Shown here: positions 1-12,700 of the stretch, in pieces | Position numbering within the stretch: the first letter of the stretch is position 1 | Layout of the letters: every line of letters starts with the position of its first letter | NCBI GenBank assembly: GCA_045837725.1 | Contig: JBEWZL010000179.1 | Location: 310,001 to 374,000, forward strand | Direction of reading: 5' to 3' | Length of the DNA stretch: 64,000 nucleotides | Source of the DNA: Vermamoeba vermiformis | Taxonomy: Eukaryota | Made by a program: the position numbers and the translations under genes | The notes under the pieces: generated by a model | The model's database searches: none | What the model was told of the DNA's origin: nothing | Seen by the model: the letters and a program-made list of their open reading frames with translations, nothing else

Positions 1-2450
1 CCAGATCTGCACTTCATCACCACGACGAAGAGTGCCGAGAATAACTGAACAGCCTGCAATGTATGTGATCTGAGTCTTCTTGGAGCCCTTGAACTCGAAT
101 ACTTGCAAAATCTAATGCAGTTAAATTAGCAACAACGATACATTGACAAGTGACGGGTGACGCGTACCTTTGCACGGCCATTGACAGTGACTTCTTCGCG
201 CGGCTTCAATTGTTTCTCCAATGCGCCCTTGAGCCAGTCGACAAGACCGAAGATGACTCGGAACGATTGCACTTCCACGCCTGCTTTGGCAGCAAGATCG
301 CGCACTTTCTGTGGCAGTGACACGTTGAAGCCTAGAATGATGCAGCGAGGCTCAGCGAGTGTGGCGTCATCGACATCTCGCTCGGTGATTGCACCGACAC
401 CAGCATTCACAATGCGAATTCTAAACTCGGTCTGTGGGATTTGATTGATGGCGTCACGAATGGCTTCAAGTGATCCACCGACATCGCCCTTGACCATGAC
501 AGGAATGTCGCGAATGCTCTTCTCATCGCGGATGCGTTGTTGTTTGCGCAAAAATGCCTCTTCGTCTTCACCGAGTTCAATAGCTCGTTTTCTGTCTTCT
601 TCTTCACGCAGTAATTCAGCGTGACGACGTTTCTGTTGCTGTAAATAGGCTTGTTGATTGATCTTGTCTGCTCGTTCTGCCTTTCTAAATTCAGCGATAG
701 ATTGAGCGGTGGACTCGTCTTCAACCACAATCAACGTGTCACCGGGCTCTGGAACAGCGTCAAAGCCGTGAATGTCGTACGGGAAGCCAGGCACAGCTTC
801 TTCAACGCGCTTGCCTTCAGCATCAAACATCCACCGTACTTTGCCCCACGTCTCACCGCACACAAACACGTCGTTGCGCTTGAGTGTGCCGATCTGCACG
901 AGGGTCTTCACGATCACACCGAGCTTGTTGTCTTTGCGACTCTCAATCACTGCGGCCTCAGCTGGTCCCTTGCGATCAGCGCGCAAGTCCATCAGACCTG
1001 CTTGCGTGGCAATCAACTCTTGCAGCTTGTCCACACCTTTGCCGGTCAAGCCACTGATCGCAATGGTTGGAATATCACCGCCAAAGTCCTCTAGCTGAAT
1101 GCCTGCTTTGTTCAACTGAATTTTCACTTTCTCTGGATCTGCATCGCGCTTGTCAATCTTGTTCAGCGCTACAATCATCGGCAGTTTGGCCTCTTGAATG
1201 TGTTTGATGGCCTCGTAGGTCTGTTCTTGCACGCCGTCATCAGCTGCCACCACGAGCACGGCAATGTCTGTCAATTGTGCGCCTCTTTTGCGCATTTTGA
1301 TAAAAGCCTCGTGACCGGGCGTGTCCAACACTGTGATCTGTTCTCCGGTCTTCAGTTTCGCTGTCATTGTAGTGTTAATGTCACATGCATTCATATATCG
1401 CGATAGTACTACATACTGATAAATGCGCCCAAGTGCTGTGTGATGCCACCAAATTCATTGTCGGCGACATTTGACTTCTTCAATCGATCTATATGGCGTT
1501 ATTAATAACGCCTTCTTAATGAAGTGTTGTTGTTTTTTACATACCCAACAGCGTGGTCTTGCCGTGGTCAATGTGACCCATAATTGTGACGACAGGAGGT
1601 CGTGTCGGGAACGATGGATCTGACACGCGTCGTCGTGGCATTCGATCTTTGAAACTTTGTGTTTTTCTGACTGGTATACGATCATATTCAGCCTGTAATA
1701 TTCGGGTCATATTATAGCGTGATCACATTATGTAGTTTTAGTTGGATCCGCAGACTTACCACCACTAGATCGACGAGATCTTTGTTCAACAAATCTTCAG
1801 AGGTCTCGGGACACTCGTTCATCTTAATAAGCACTTTCAATATGTCCACTGTACGCACTCCCAGGGCACTAGACAGGCCCTTAGCACTAATGTATTCAGG
1901 CAGCTCTATTTCAGTGTCTCGTCTGTGCTCGACGCGCTGTTGTCGCTTTTCAAATTGAATTTTCAAGCGCAGCGCATTGGCTTTCTTTTTAGGAGCCTCT
2001 TTTTGAGCTGAGTACGATCTGTGCGGCTGCAGACAAAACTAAAACGAGCACAAATTAATGGTGATTATTTATATATAATTTACATTGTAATTAACTTGGG
2101 TGATGAAACTAATTATTGGAAAATAAAAGAGGATTTTTTGTTTATTTTCAATAATTTAGATCGGATGTCATAAATATTATTAATTAAGAATACTGAAGAT
2201 CTACAAACTGTCTATTATAATAACCGATAAATCAATTTTATACAAAATTTCAGAACCGTCAGAAAATAAGTTCACTCACCAGATCTGCATTTCGGCTTGT
2301 TTGTTTTGTCTTACGAGTGCCAAAAATACCAATAGTACCTCTAGTCGAATAAGAGGTACTTGCATAAGTCGCTTGACGAAGGTTAGTTGCAAGGATCTTA
2401 GACATCCGATCCGAACTCTTCGTCAACAAGCTACAAACACCGCTAAACAT
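1..2450 (-). CDS. MTIF2: Mitochondrial translation initiation factor IF-2, multi-exon, 3' end runs off the window
   Basis: Spliced exons give [12 protein letters not shown] (G1), [18 protein letters not shown] (G3), NKID (G4), [11 protein letters not shown] and [10 protein letters not shown]. The first exon (2450-2280) is Ser/Arg/Thr-rich like a mitochondrial presequence and ends at a gtgagt donor. Confidence 0.93.
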
Positions 2451-2798
2451 CTTGGTCTACTTGTGTTTCTACGAGTAACGACTAGGCACTAATTAACCCA
2501 TGTTCGGAGTTGACTAAAAGTGAATGACCACGCGAAAAAAAAAGAAATTTCAGACGTACGTACAATCTTAGAGCGGAGAGACGGGCTTAAAATACAGTAG
2601 GATTTATATACATATTACACGTTTACACTAAGCTACAATAAAATAAATAAAAGTTTAAATAAATAAATCGGCTGGTTGGATCTTCGTCCATTTTCTTCCG
2701 ATCATCTTCAATAAGTTATATTCGCATATTCACAATTCAATCTATTCACATATGGACATATTCACACGTATACACAGCTTGAGATACTAGGGATCACT

Positions 2799-4246
2799 CT
2801 AGTCACGCGTCATCGCTATCCAAGCGCACAAGTTTCGGTCTGGAAATTTACGGTCAAGACCAGCTATTATAATTGTTATATGCAAGCCAAAACTTACAAT
2901 AAAATGCGCACTGTTTGGGCGTTGAGTTCGGGGCAGTCAGTCACATCCAGGGTGCTCAATTCGTTAATTCTAGCCAAAGAAGACAACCCACAAGTGCTGA
3001 CCCCGCAGCGTCTCATACTCAATTCGCGAAGGCTTTGTAATGATGTCAAGGGTGAGATCTAAGCAAAAATAAGCGTTAATGAACAGATCGCGGAACGATG
3101 AATCTTCAGTAAATTTCTCGAGAATTACAAACTGAAAGTGATATCGGTATGACTCAACTTACATCACCGTCGTTTATTTGAGGATGGCCATCGATAGAGA
3201 GCTTGCTAAGTGAAGTCAGACGAGCCAAATGTCCCAAACCGGAGTTGGATCCGCCCTGATTAAATTAGAATTTTTTTTAGCCAAATAAATAATATACTTA
3301 CTAGTCTGTTGCCATCGAGCGACAAGACCTTCAAATTAGTAAGGTCGCGCAACGAGGCCAATCCCTCGCTAGAGATCCGGTTGGTCGATACTTGCAACGA
3401 GGTGAGATTAGAGAGGCCTGCAATAAACTCCAAGGCCTTGTCATCGATGCCACAGCAGTTGAGACTGAGACTCTCGAGGTCAGTGAGCGAGGACAAGCAC
3501 GCCCAAGCCTCGCTGGACAGGTTGCACGTGAAGTTGATGCCCAAGTGCTTCAAATTCACCAAACTGCTCAGTGACGCGAGGCCCTTTTCAGTGAATTTGC
3601 AGTGGCTCATCGTCAATTTCTTCAGTTGTGTGATCTTCGCAATGCTCTTCATGCCTGTGTCATTCAGCGAACTGCAGCACAGCAACGTAAGTTCTTCCAA
3701 ATTAGGCAATTTAGCCAGTTTCTTCAAGTGTCGACCGTCAGACAAGGACTTTGACAAGCTGAGATCGATGCTCTTGAGTGATCGAACGCGTGCGATGTGT
3801 TTGAGACAGCGCGCATCTTTTTGCGAATTGAAAGTCAAGCGAGTCAAGTTGCGCAGGTAGGACAGGTGCGCGAGGCCTTGTACTTCATCAGTGATCGAGA
3901 GACCGGAGATATCGAGCTCGATGGTCAGAGGTGTCAAGGAGAAGAGAAGTATGCGCATCTTAGCGGGATCGATAGGTGTCTGATGAATGCGGAAGTCGCC
4001 AAGTGGATCGACATTGCAGAAGTGAAGTACGAAGTGATGGACTTTCAAGCTCCAATCTTTGGACACGCAGCGCAAGTTGAGAAGTGTCGGTAAGTCAAAC
4101 TGCAAGTACTGGAATATTTCGACCACCATTTCGAGTGGCAATTCGGGGAGGGGCTGGGCTTCCAAATCCGCCATCCAGATCGTGTCTTGCTTTAAGTACT
4201 TGGGCGTGCCACTTCGCTTGAGCAAGCGCTGAATAAAGTTAACCAT
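2799..4246 (-). CDS. F-box / leucine-rich-repeat (FBXL-type) protein, multi-exon
   Basis: F-box LPELPLEMVVEIFQYL...LRCVSKDW followed by many LxxLxxLxL LRRs. Downstream exons at about 3257-3161, 3059-2898 and 2863-2799 continue the LRRs. Confidence 0.85.
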
Positions 4247-5316
4247 TGTGTTATTAGGTGATCCCAAGTGGTTACTCTGTTGTGCTTGTTGTTAGAAAAC
4301 TCACAACAATTTGTCTGGAGCTTTAAGTACTTGACCCAGATCACAAAAAAACCCGAATAAATTGTTCGTCAAATGCCATGAATTATCGGAGAACGTTTGA
4401 AGATTATACTCGATGACTATATTCGGACCAAGATTGCGTCGTTCAGATAATAGACCGAAAGGACCAGGAAATTTCAAGTAAATTTTCGTGAAGGATCTTA
4501 CCTGAACATTGCCAATGCTCAATGCCGATGCCAACATTTACCACAGATATGTGTACTATGCAGGTATATCCATTATCTCGGCCAGACGCGCTCAAAAAGA
4601 GTGGAACTGTCAGAAACTAGTGATGAGTATCAATTACTTTGCCATATTTAGAAGCATCGGTACTTTTTTCTGAATTGTTAAAACTTGGCTATAACATGCA
4701 ACGTGTATTATATTCATGCGATGACTTACCTTTGGGTGAAGGCAGTGCAAAAGCTGACAAATGTGCCGTTTGGTAAGACAGATCAAGCGCTAGGTGACCC
4801 ACTGTCAATGTTAGCGACTATTCTCACTCCACGATGTTCAAGAGCGAAGATTCTCACTGCAGTACTGAGCGAACTAATTATAGGCCACGACCTGTCGATG
4901 TGTTCGTGATTAATCTTTGAGAAAATCTGTTGCAAATTTGTCGAAAATTTATCACAAGTTGCAGCCACGAGACCAAAATGATTGGTGATCATGAACACGC
5001 TTGGTTCAGTGAATGGCGATGCTAAGATTAGACGCACTAGCTTTCACAGAGTGTTCTTGGTCTAAAGGTCGTAATACTCAGTCTGTCATTTCGTGCTTTC
5101 CAACATGGCGTCAATATGAATGATATTGATAAATATACGAGTTTTAGACTTACGATAAAAAGCCACCGAAAGTTGGTCTCGCGTGAGCACATACGTCGTT
5201 ATTATTTGAATGGTCAATGCCCGCGATGACGTCTTTATTGAGCGTCCATTCAGCTATGTACAATTAGTAGTTAAGTAACATTTAAAAATTGGAGAGATTT
5301 AAAAGAAATTGTCGCA

Positions 5317-6965
5317 TTAATTTCTCTTTGAACCAAGCGTGAACTTCTCCTCGTCAGAAGCCCAAGCACCGACTTTCTTGCCAACATCTTCTTTGATCTC
5401 CGTTGAGGCACCATACATTGACATGATGGCCGCACGTGCTGCGGGATTTGAGCTCTTCTTTTGTGTGGATCTGTCATCAAGTTAGTTACGCGAAGAAATT
5501 TCAACGAGATTACATACGAGCTAGATTCTTCATTGCGCGCTCGCTTGTTGTCTCGGTCATCACGGTCGTCTTCACGTGGTCTTTTGCGGTCACGTGATCT
5601 ACTTCGAGATCGACGTCTGGTATCGCGGTCACGTGATCTGCTTCGGCGCCTATCTCTTGACCGAGAACGGCTGTGTCTGTCACGTCTGCTGTCTCGATCA
5701 CGTGAGTTGCTTCGTCGCCGATCTCTGTTGTCCCGACGACCATCTCTGTCACGTGATCGGCTACGTCTTCTTTCGCGCGATCGACTTCTCTTTCGCTCGC
5801 GAGATTTGCTGCGAGATCTCTTGTTGTCACGATCTCGCTTCCGTTCAACAACCTCGCCTTCCTCTTTAGCAGCTGTGGTAGGATTGGCCGCATCGAACTC
5901 TTTCAACTTCTGTGCAAATTCTTTGTTCTGACTCACTGTGAAGCGAGGCAAGAAGATGTCAAAGAACTTGGGCTCTGTCAGCAACTCGCGCACCATTTTG
6001 CCAATCGTGCTCGGACGCGTGCCACGCACACCGAGTGTCAACTCTTCAGTGTCCAGTAAATAATCCTTGAAAAAGTCCCATAGTTGCGTGGGAGGAGCAC
6101 ACAGTCTCAAATACAAGAATCCAACGGCACGAACGTAACTATAAACATTTTGGATCAGCATTTTGCGGGCAAAGCGGTTAAGTTGTACTTACGGATTATC
6201 CTTATTAGACAGCATGCCATTCATCTGCTTGACAGTAATGCGCATTCTAAACAGTTTGTACATCAAGCACATTGCGTGTGAGGCATAGCGTGTGTTCGGA
6301 ATGAAGGTCTCTGCAAAATTGAATTTTGGTTAGAACAAATCAATTGCGTGCGTGAATGTGCTGCAAATATGTGCATAGAGCAGTTCTTACTATGAGTCGT
6401 ACTCGTCTCGCAGGGAGTTATAAATAAATTAGTCTCCTAACGAGGGGCTGCTAAATGGTGAATTCTCGACCACGCACGAGCATCAACCATCAAAATACTT
6501 ACCCATATTGTTGACTTTATTTTTAATTTCTTGCAGTACTTCGTGGTATGTCTTGTATTGACTAAATAAAATATTATTGGTAAAATACAAAAAAATTTAA
6601 AATAAATTTCTTATCACTTACTATAAGCTTTTAAAATAGTCTGACGACTGCACAGGTACTAGCACATTTTCAGCTAAATTCATGGACTCTTGGTTGCCAT
6701 GGATGTCGAGTTTTTTTGATCGCTCTGCTTTTCTCTTGCCCTCGCTTGTCTCATCTGCATTGGCTGCTCCTTCGCCTTCTTCGGTAGCTTGTGGTACTTG
6801 AGCGCCATATTGTGCATAATACTGATTATAATAAGCAGCTGCATTTGGATCGGTTGCGTAGGCTTGGTTGTAATAATACGCGTATGGATCCGCTGCGTAA
6901 CCGTAACCCGCTTGTGTAGCGTCTGCACCTTGGGCAGGATAGCCGTAGGGAGGTGGATACGACAT
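5317..6965 (-). CDS. PRPF38B: Pre-mRNA splicing factor PRP38B-like with C-terminal RS domain
   Basis: GNQESMNL...SSDYFKSL and YVRAVGFLYLRL...LWDFFKDYLLD...TIGKMVRELLT...LPR match the PRP38 domain. A long RS/RD-rich tail follows. Confidence 0.88.
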
Positions 6966-7059
6966 GTTGTGGCTATTACCAACAGGTAAAAATAATGTAT
7001 TGATCGGGGAACACGCACAGAATTCTCTTCGCTTGAGGAAATAATTTTAATAATATTAT

Positions 7060-8332
7060 TTACATGAAGCACTTTCTGTGAATATCAGGTCCTACTTCGT
7101 CATATTCTTCATTGGATACGGCCATATCTTTGAACGTCGCCAACGAACCCAAGATTGATCCACCGAGCCAAGCAGCGAGTCCTCGTTGCTCCGGTGCAAT
7201 GACTTTCATTTGCTTCCACGAGGCCATATTCTGCAGCTCATAGTCGAATCGTTCATAGAATCCAGGGAACAACGAAGATCCACCAGACAGAACGATGTTT
7301 TTGTATAAACTGCCACGTATATCTACGTCGCAATTGAATATGCAATTGTACGCTATCTCCCAAATAGGACTCGATTCTTTGCCTAAGAATGAGGGCTGGA
7401 AATAAGCCTCGGGACATCTGAAGCGTTCGTTGCCAATTGTCAGTATTTGTCCATCAGGCAATTCATACGCTTTCTCGAGCGTGTTTGATGAGGCAGAAGT
7501 GTTCATGTCCTGATCGAAATTAGCTGCGACATAGCACAGCTGTTCTTTGATTTCTTTGAATTGCAATTGGTTCAGGTTCGACAACTGTTGTGGTTGATTT
7601 GATTCGGCCAATATCTTGTGCAGGTACAGCGTCAGATCGTGGCCTGTAACGTCCTGTGATCTGGCTGCATACGGCAACACGTGACATTCGTGCACTGGCA
7701 CTGCTTGTGTGTAGCCCGCACCGCACTCAACAATCACCGCTGTTGGTCTGCCGCAGTGAAGAGCAGTCAAGCCAGCAGTCGACGCTAAGAATGCTTGTGG
7801 TGTGTGAAATGTTTCGAACATAATTTGCATGGTCTTTGCACGGTTCATCTTGGGATTGAATGACGGTTCAGTGAGCAGCACTGCGGTCTCTTCTGGGTTG
7901 ATTTGCAATTCGTCGTAAAATACATTGTGCCACAGCTTCTCCATATCATCAAAGTTTGTTACTATGCCCTTTTCAATAGGGTGAGTGATGGCCAGTATGC
8001 CTCGTTTGGTTTGTGCTTCGTGACCAACATACGTGTCGGTTCTAAAACCAGGGAGAGCACCTCTTGGTTTTCCTACTATTGTAGGCACTGATGGTCGAGG
8101 ATCGTCTTGGCCAGCGAAGCCAGGTTTTATTGAGTCTTGTGAACGAAATATTAGTACTAAAATTGGAATTCGTCGTGAGCTTTTTACTTAGCATTGAACT
8201 AAAGCGCAACGGCATGAAAAAAATTAATAGAATTCAGATCATGCAGGGGAGCTAAATTCCAGAGTATTTTTCGGAATTAAAAATTGAAGCCTTACCGGAT
8301 CCGTTATCAATGACCAAAGTTACTTGCTCCAT
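7060..8332 (-). CDS. Divergent actin / actin-related protein (exon 1 8332-8296, exon 2 about 8135-7060)
   Basis: Spliced N-terminus MEQVTLVIDNGSDSIKPGFAGQDDPR. Actin hallmarks include YVGHEAQ, PIEKGIVTNFDDMEKLW, LLTEP..NPK.NR, YELPDGQ, ERFRCPE, IVLSGGS, WLGGSILGSL and HRKCF. Confidence 0.93.
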
Positions 8333-8432
8333 GGATGTTTTGATTATAAATGTATTATGGTTGATTAGATTATGCTATTGTGTTGTTGAATAAGGTGAAC
8401 TGTGCAATCGATCTCAACCGAAACATTTATTT

Positions 8433-9615
8433 TTAAATCATTGTTCGTCTAATCTTTTTCTTTGGCCTACTATCACCTTCATTTGTATTTCTTTTCTTCC
8501 AAACAACTTCTGCACCTGCATCGTGCTCATTCGAATCCTCATCGCGACGAGCGAAAGATCCGCCCCTATTATCCGAGTCATCATCGCTCTCATTGCTATC
8601 ACTATCACTGCGCGGTCGTTTTTTGTTGTTTTTTTCCTCGTCGTCGTCACCTTCAGGCGAGGCAGGTCTGTAATAAGAACTGTACATGTCTTCCGCTGAC
8701 ACTTCTTGCCATTCACCCGGTGCACCTTCATCTTCTTTCTTTTGTGGCGGTGCTTCTTGTTGCACGTATTGCTGGGCTGTTTGTTGCGCCGTAGCTAGTG
8801 CCGCTGCGTACTGTTGCGGGATCTGCGACTGCTCTTGTTTAGGAGTCTCGGCGTCAGGTTGTCTGTATTTGCGCATTTGTTGTTCGAGGTACTCGCGCTG
8901 TTTGTTCTTCTCTTCTTCTTTGAGCTCCGCTGCTGTCTTGGGCTCTTGTTGTTGCGGATAATAACCATATTGGGCGTAATATTGTTGATAGTAATAATAG
9001 TAATTAGGATCTGAGTAATACTGGTTGTAATAATTGGCGTAATCTGCTTGAGAATAGGTATTTGTGGTAGTAGTTGTTGTTTGTGCCGGTGTGTTGTATG
9101 AAGAGGGTGCTGTTGATACAGTTGATCTGTTTGGATCGAGTGCCTTCACGGCTTTCTGTACATCTTTGCCCGTATTATATGTAGAATACGGATGTCCACC
9201 AACCTCTACATTATTCATCAAGTCTTTCTGATAGGCTGCTTCGGCTGCTTTCATCGCAGCATTAATTTCTCTTTGCAAATTCTTATCCTCGCGTGATTGT
9301 TCATCTTTTCGCTGTCTTCCCTCTTCAATAAATCTAGCAACATTTTTCTTATGTATTTCTAAGTTCTCGTGTTGCTTTCTGTTCTGTTAAATTTGAAAAA
9401 AAATTAATTAATTATAGATCGACGACAGGTGACTTGATATCGTGGTTTTGTACTATGTTTCGCTGTATTATATCAGGCAAAAATACTTACAAAATTATCA
9501 TTTCGCACGAAGCGCTTACAGTATTGACACCAGTAATTGCCGACCGATTTCCAATAGTCTGCCCTAATAAAACAGTATTAGCTCAGTAGAGTAAAATTAA
9601 GTGTCTGACATACAT
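8433..9615 (-). CDS. WBP4/FBP21-like U1-type (matrin) zinc-finger splicing protein, no WW domain seen
   Basis: Spliced N-terminus MADYWKSVGNYWCQYCKRFV...QHENLEIHKKNVARFI, then coiled coil AAMKAAEAAYQKDL, GEWQEV and a C-terminal VVWKKR. This resembles the WBP4 family. Confidence 0.75.
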
Positions 9616-9723
9616 GGTCTTCTCTTTAGATTCAATTAATTATGCAGATCGAACGAAAAAGCAACGATTTCGCAAATAGAATTTTTATAGCACAAAAACA
9701 AGTTAATTATTTACAAATACAAG

Positions 9724-12700
9724 TTACGGACTGAAGTCATCGTCTTCGCTCTTCGCTTGAGCCTTAGCGTTCACTCTTCGTCGTTTGGGGGCGGGCTTTT
9801 TCTTTTCAGGAGCTTCGAATGACGCATCTGGATCTTGCGTGATTTCCTTAGCCTTACGCTTTCCTTTCTTTGTCGTGCCGACATTGAGGTTATGGTCGTG
9901 CTCGTCTTCTTTGACGACTTTCTTGTACTACAGTTCAATAGTTAGTCACTACCCTGCGGACACACATCGACTTTGCTTACCCTCTCGAAGAGTGTTTTGA
10001 CCATTTTTTCATCTTTCTCCCAATTCTCAACAACAATGTCCTCCAAGTTGATAGAGGTCTGTACATCACACGTCTCAATGGGGATCTTGTTGTTCAGCGT
10101 ACCAAGCTTGGAGTCTGAGGGCGAGAACGCTTGACACTTGTTGTCGGCCAAGCTGTAGAAGGTCTTCAAGAACTTCTTCAACTTCATCAAACATCCGACT
10201 GCAATGGCTGCTTTGGTCTCTTCAATCACTTCCTTCTTTTCTTCGCTTGTCAGCGATTCTTCTACAAGACAGACATTAATGGCTGAACAAACAACTACTA
10301 CAACAAATTCACCGTACCTTTCGTGTGCTTCTCTTTCAACGAGGTCAACAACTCAGCACTAGTCAGCGAGGTGACGTGATTAATGTTGTAGATCAAGTAC
10401 AAAGGCTCCTCTTGGAGTGAGAATGGCAGCTGGGCTACGGCAAGAACGAGGTACTGAACCAACGGAATGTTCGTCTAATTGACGTTAATACGCGTCACAA
10501 TGCTACGACAATAAGCTACATACCTTATTCTTGTCGATCAAACTAATGATGGCATTCAAGAAGCATTGGCGACCAGTCTTGCTTCCTTTGAACAAAGAGT
10601 AAACGCGTGCAAATATCGATTCGCGGGAGGATTTTCCAGCCCATTTGATTTGAGTGTAAGCTGTGTATGGTGTTAGTAAAGAGTCGCTTTGCGCAATAAC
10701 TTACAGCGCACAGTGCCATAGACCTTCTTTTGGAACTCAAATGAGCCCAAAATTCCGTCTGAAATTCTGTTGTTGATCATCTGCGAGTCCTTGCTCTCAA
10801 TCAGACGCAACACACGATGAGCCTTCTCGCTCAAAGACATTTCGTGATCTGTCTCCAAAGCTACGAGTTTGGGCACACACTACAACACACGTGTCAGCGC
10901 TGAAGAGTCACGAGTTAAACAAACTTACGAGTAATGGTAGCACGAGACCACGTCGTATGATGTGGTCAATCAGTGCCAATGCAGCACTGCGCACAAAGAG
11001 ATTCTTGTCGAACAAGTGATCCAGAATGCTGGTCAGTAGCTTTTGCATCGTCACACTTGTTACACCATAGTCTGCGTTCTCCTTGATTTCGTCTTTCTCC
11101 TTCGTCGTTTGCTTCGAATGTTTTTCTCCGAGTGCGGCCATCTTAGCCTCTTCGAAGTCCAAATAGTCATTCAAGATCAATAACATTTGAACCTTCAATT
11201 TGTCGGGAGCATTAATGCTCAAGGATTCCCTACCACAACATGCTAAGTAAGGGTCTCGTAAAATCGCTGTGCACTTACTTGATGATCGCTTCTGATCGAA
11301 GCAACAGACCGGGGTAGCTGGTAAAGATGAATCCCAAACTGCGGATAGCAACACTCTTAATATTCAAGTCCGTGTTCTTGCTGAAAGCAATGCACATATT
11401 GTACAGATTCTCCAAATGTGCTCCGTACTTGATGTCTTTTTTGACAGTCTTCAGCATGTTGTTCTTTGAGAGATCTGTTTCTAATTAGAGATATTCATGT
11501 GGGAATGTTGGTACATACCGTCGTCAAAGTCGTGGTATCTACACAAACTGCCTAGCAAGAACAGCGATCGAATAAGAATTTGTTGATTTCTTGCGACCGT
11601 GGGTGGCTTGTCGCGCTCTTTGTAGTCATTCAAGGGCTTGAAGTAGGTATTGTACAAAGTATTGGGTATTGCCGCAATGGATTGCTCATTGGCGAATGTC
11701 TTGACGATGGAGCACAGACACTTGCAGCAGCTCTGAATGACAGGCATGGTGTGTGCTTGCATTAACTCGACCAGATCTTGCGCTGTCGTCTTGATGAAGG
11801 CAGGATCAGGGTGTTGCATGAGTGGCATTACTCGTTCAAGTATGCCTGCAACCTCGCAATGTATCTTTTCGTCATCTTTCTGTTGGAAGTAGTTAGAACA
11901 CGTGCTTGTTCATAACAAAAGTAGCACTTACCTTGTTCTTTAGGTAGGTTTCAAGGTTCTCCGCATGCTTCAACATAAACTCGGGAGAAACTTTGCAGAA
12001 CAAACCCATTGTAATGAGGCAGATGACAAGACGTGACGGTTTCTTGCTCTTAGCATCTTGAGCTGGGGCCTTTGCCTCAGCAGCTTCTTCAGTTAGCTTT
12101 ATGAGAACCTCGCTAAGATGATCGCAGAAACGCGTGCACATCATTGCCACTTTGTGCGCGTTCTTCTTTTCTTGCTCTTGTTTTAGCAACTGTACACCAA
12201 GTTAGAACACTTATTAACTCGCGAAGCCGAAACTTACGCCTTGAACAAGTTCTTCGAACCAAGAGTAGTGGCCATCAGAAGCTTCGATGACATCGAGTAT
12301 CTGGTGTGCCCGCTGTTGTAGGGTAAAGACTGGCTTCTCAGTCAAAGCCGCCGCGCTGAGAATATCATTCTGATTCTTCGACTCCTCAAACCACAGCTCT
12401 TTGAATGTTCCCAGCACCAAGTTTCTGATGGACTCTTCGTCGTTTATACGACCAACGAGTTTCTTGCAAATGTTTGTGGCAAGTTCAGCGGTTGGCCTGG
12501 CCAAGCAGATGGTCTTGCAAATCTTCACGACACGCTTACGGACGGAGACACCAGTGTCCTGCATTACATTAGACTATGCTCGTATTGTATTATAGGTCTA
12601 CATACCACCATACGCTCGAGAATAATCTCATAATACTGGTCTGCGTACTCGGCCTTGTCCACAATAAACTTGCCAACTAGATCCACAGCTGCCTCGCGCA

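Noticed and set aside
5461-5931. + strand ORFs and tandem-repeat appearance
   Set aside because: This is the antisense of the PRP38B RS/RD domain, not an independent gene or DNA repeat.
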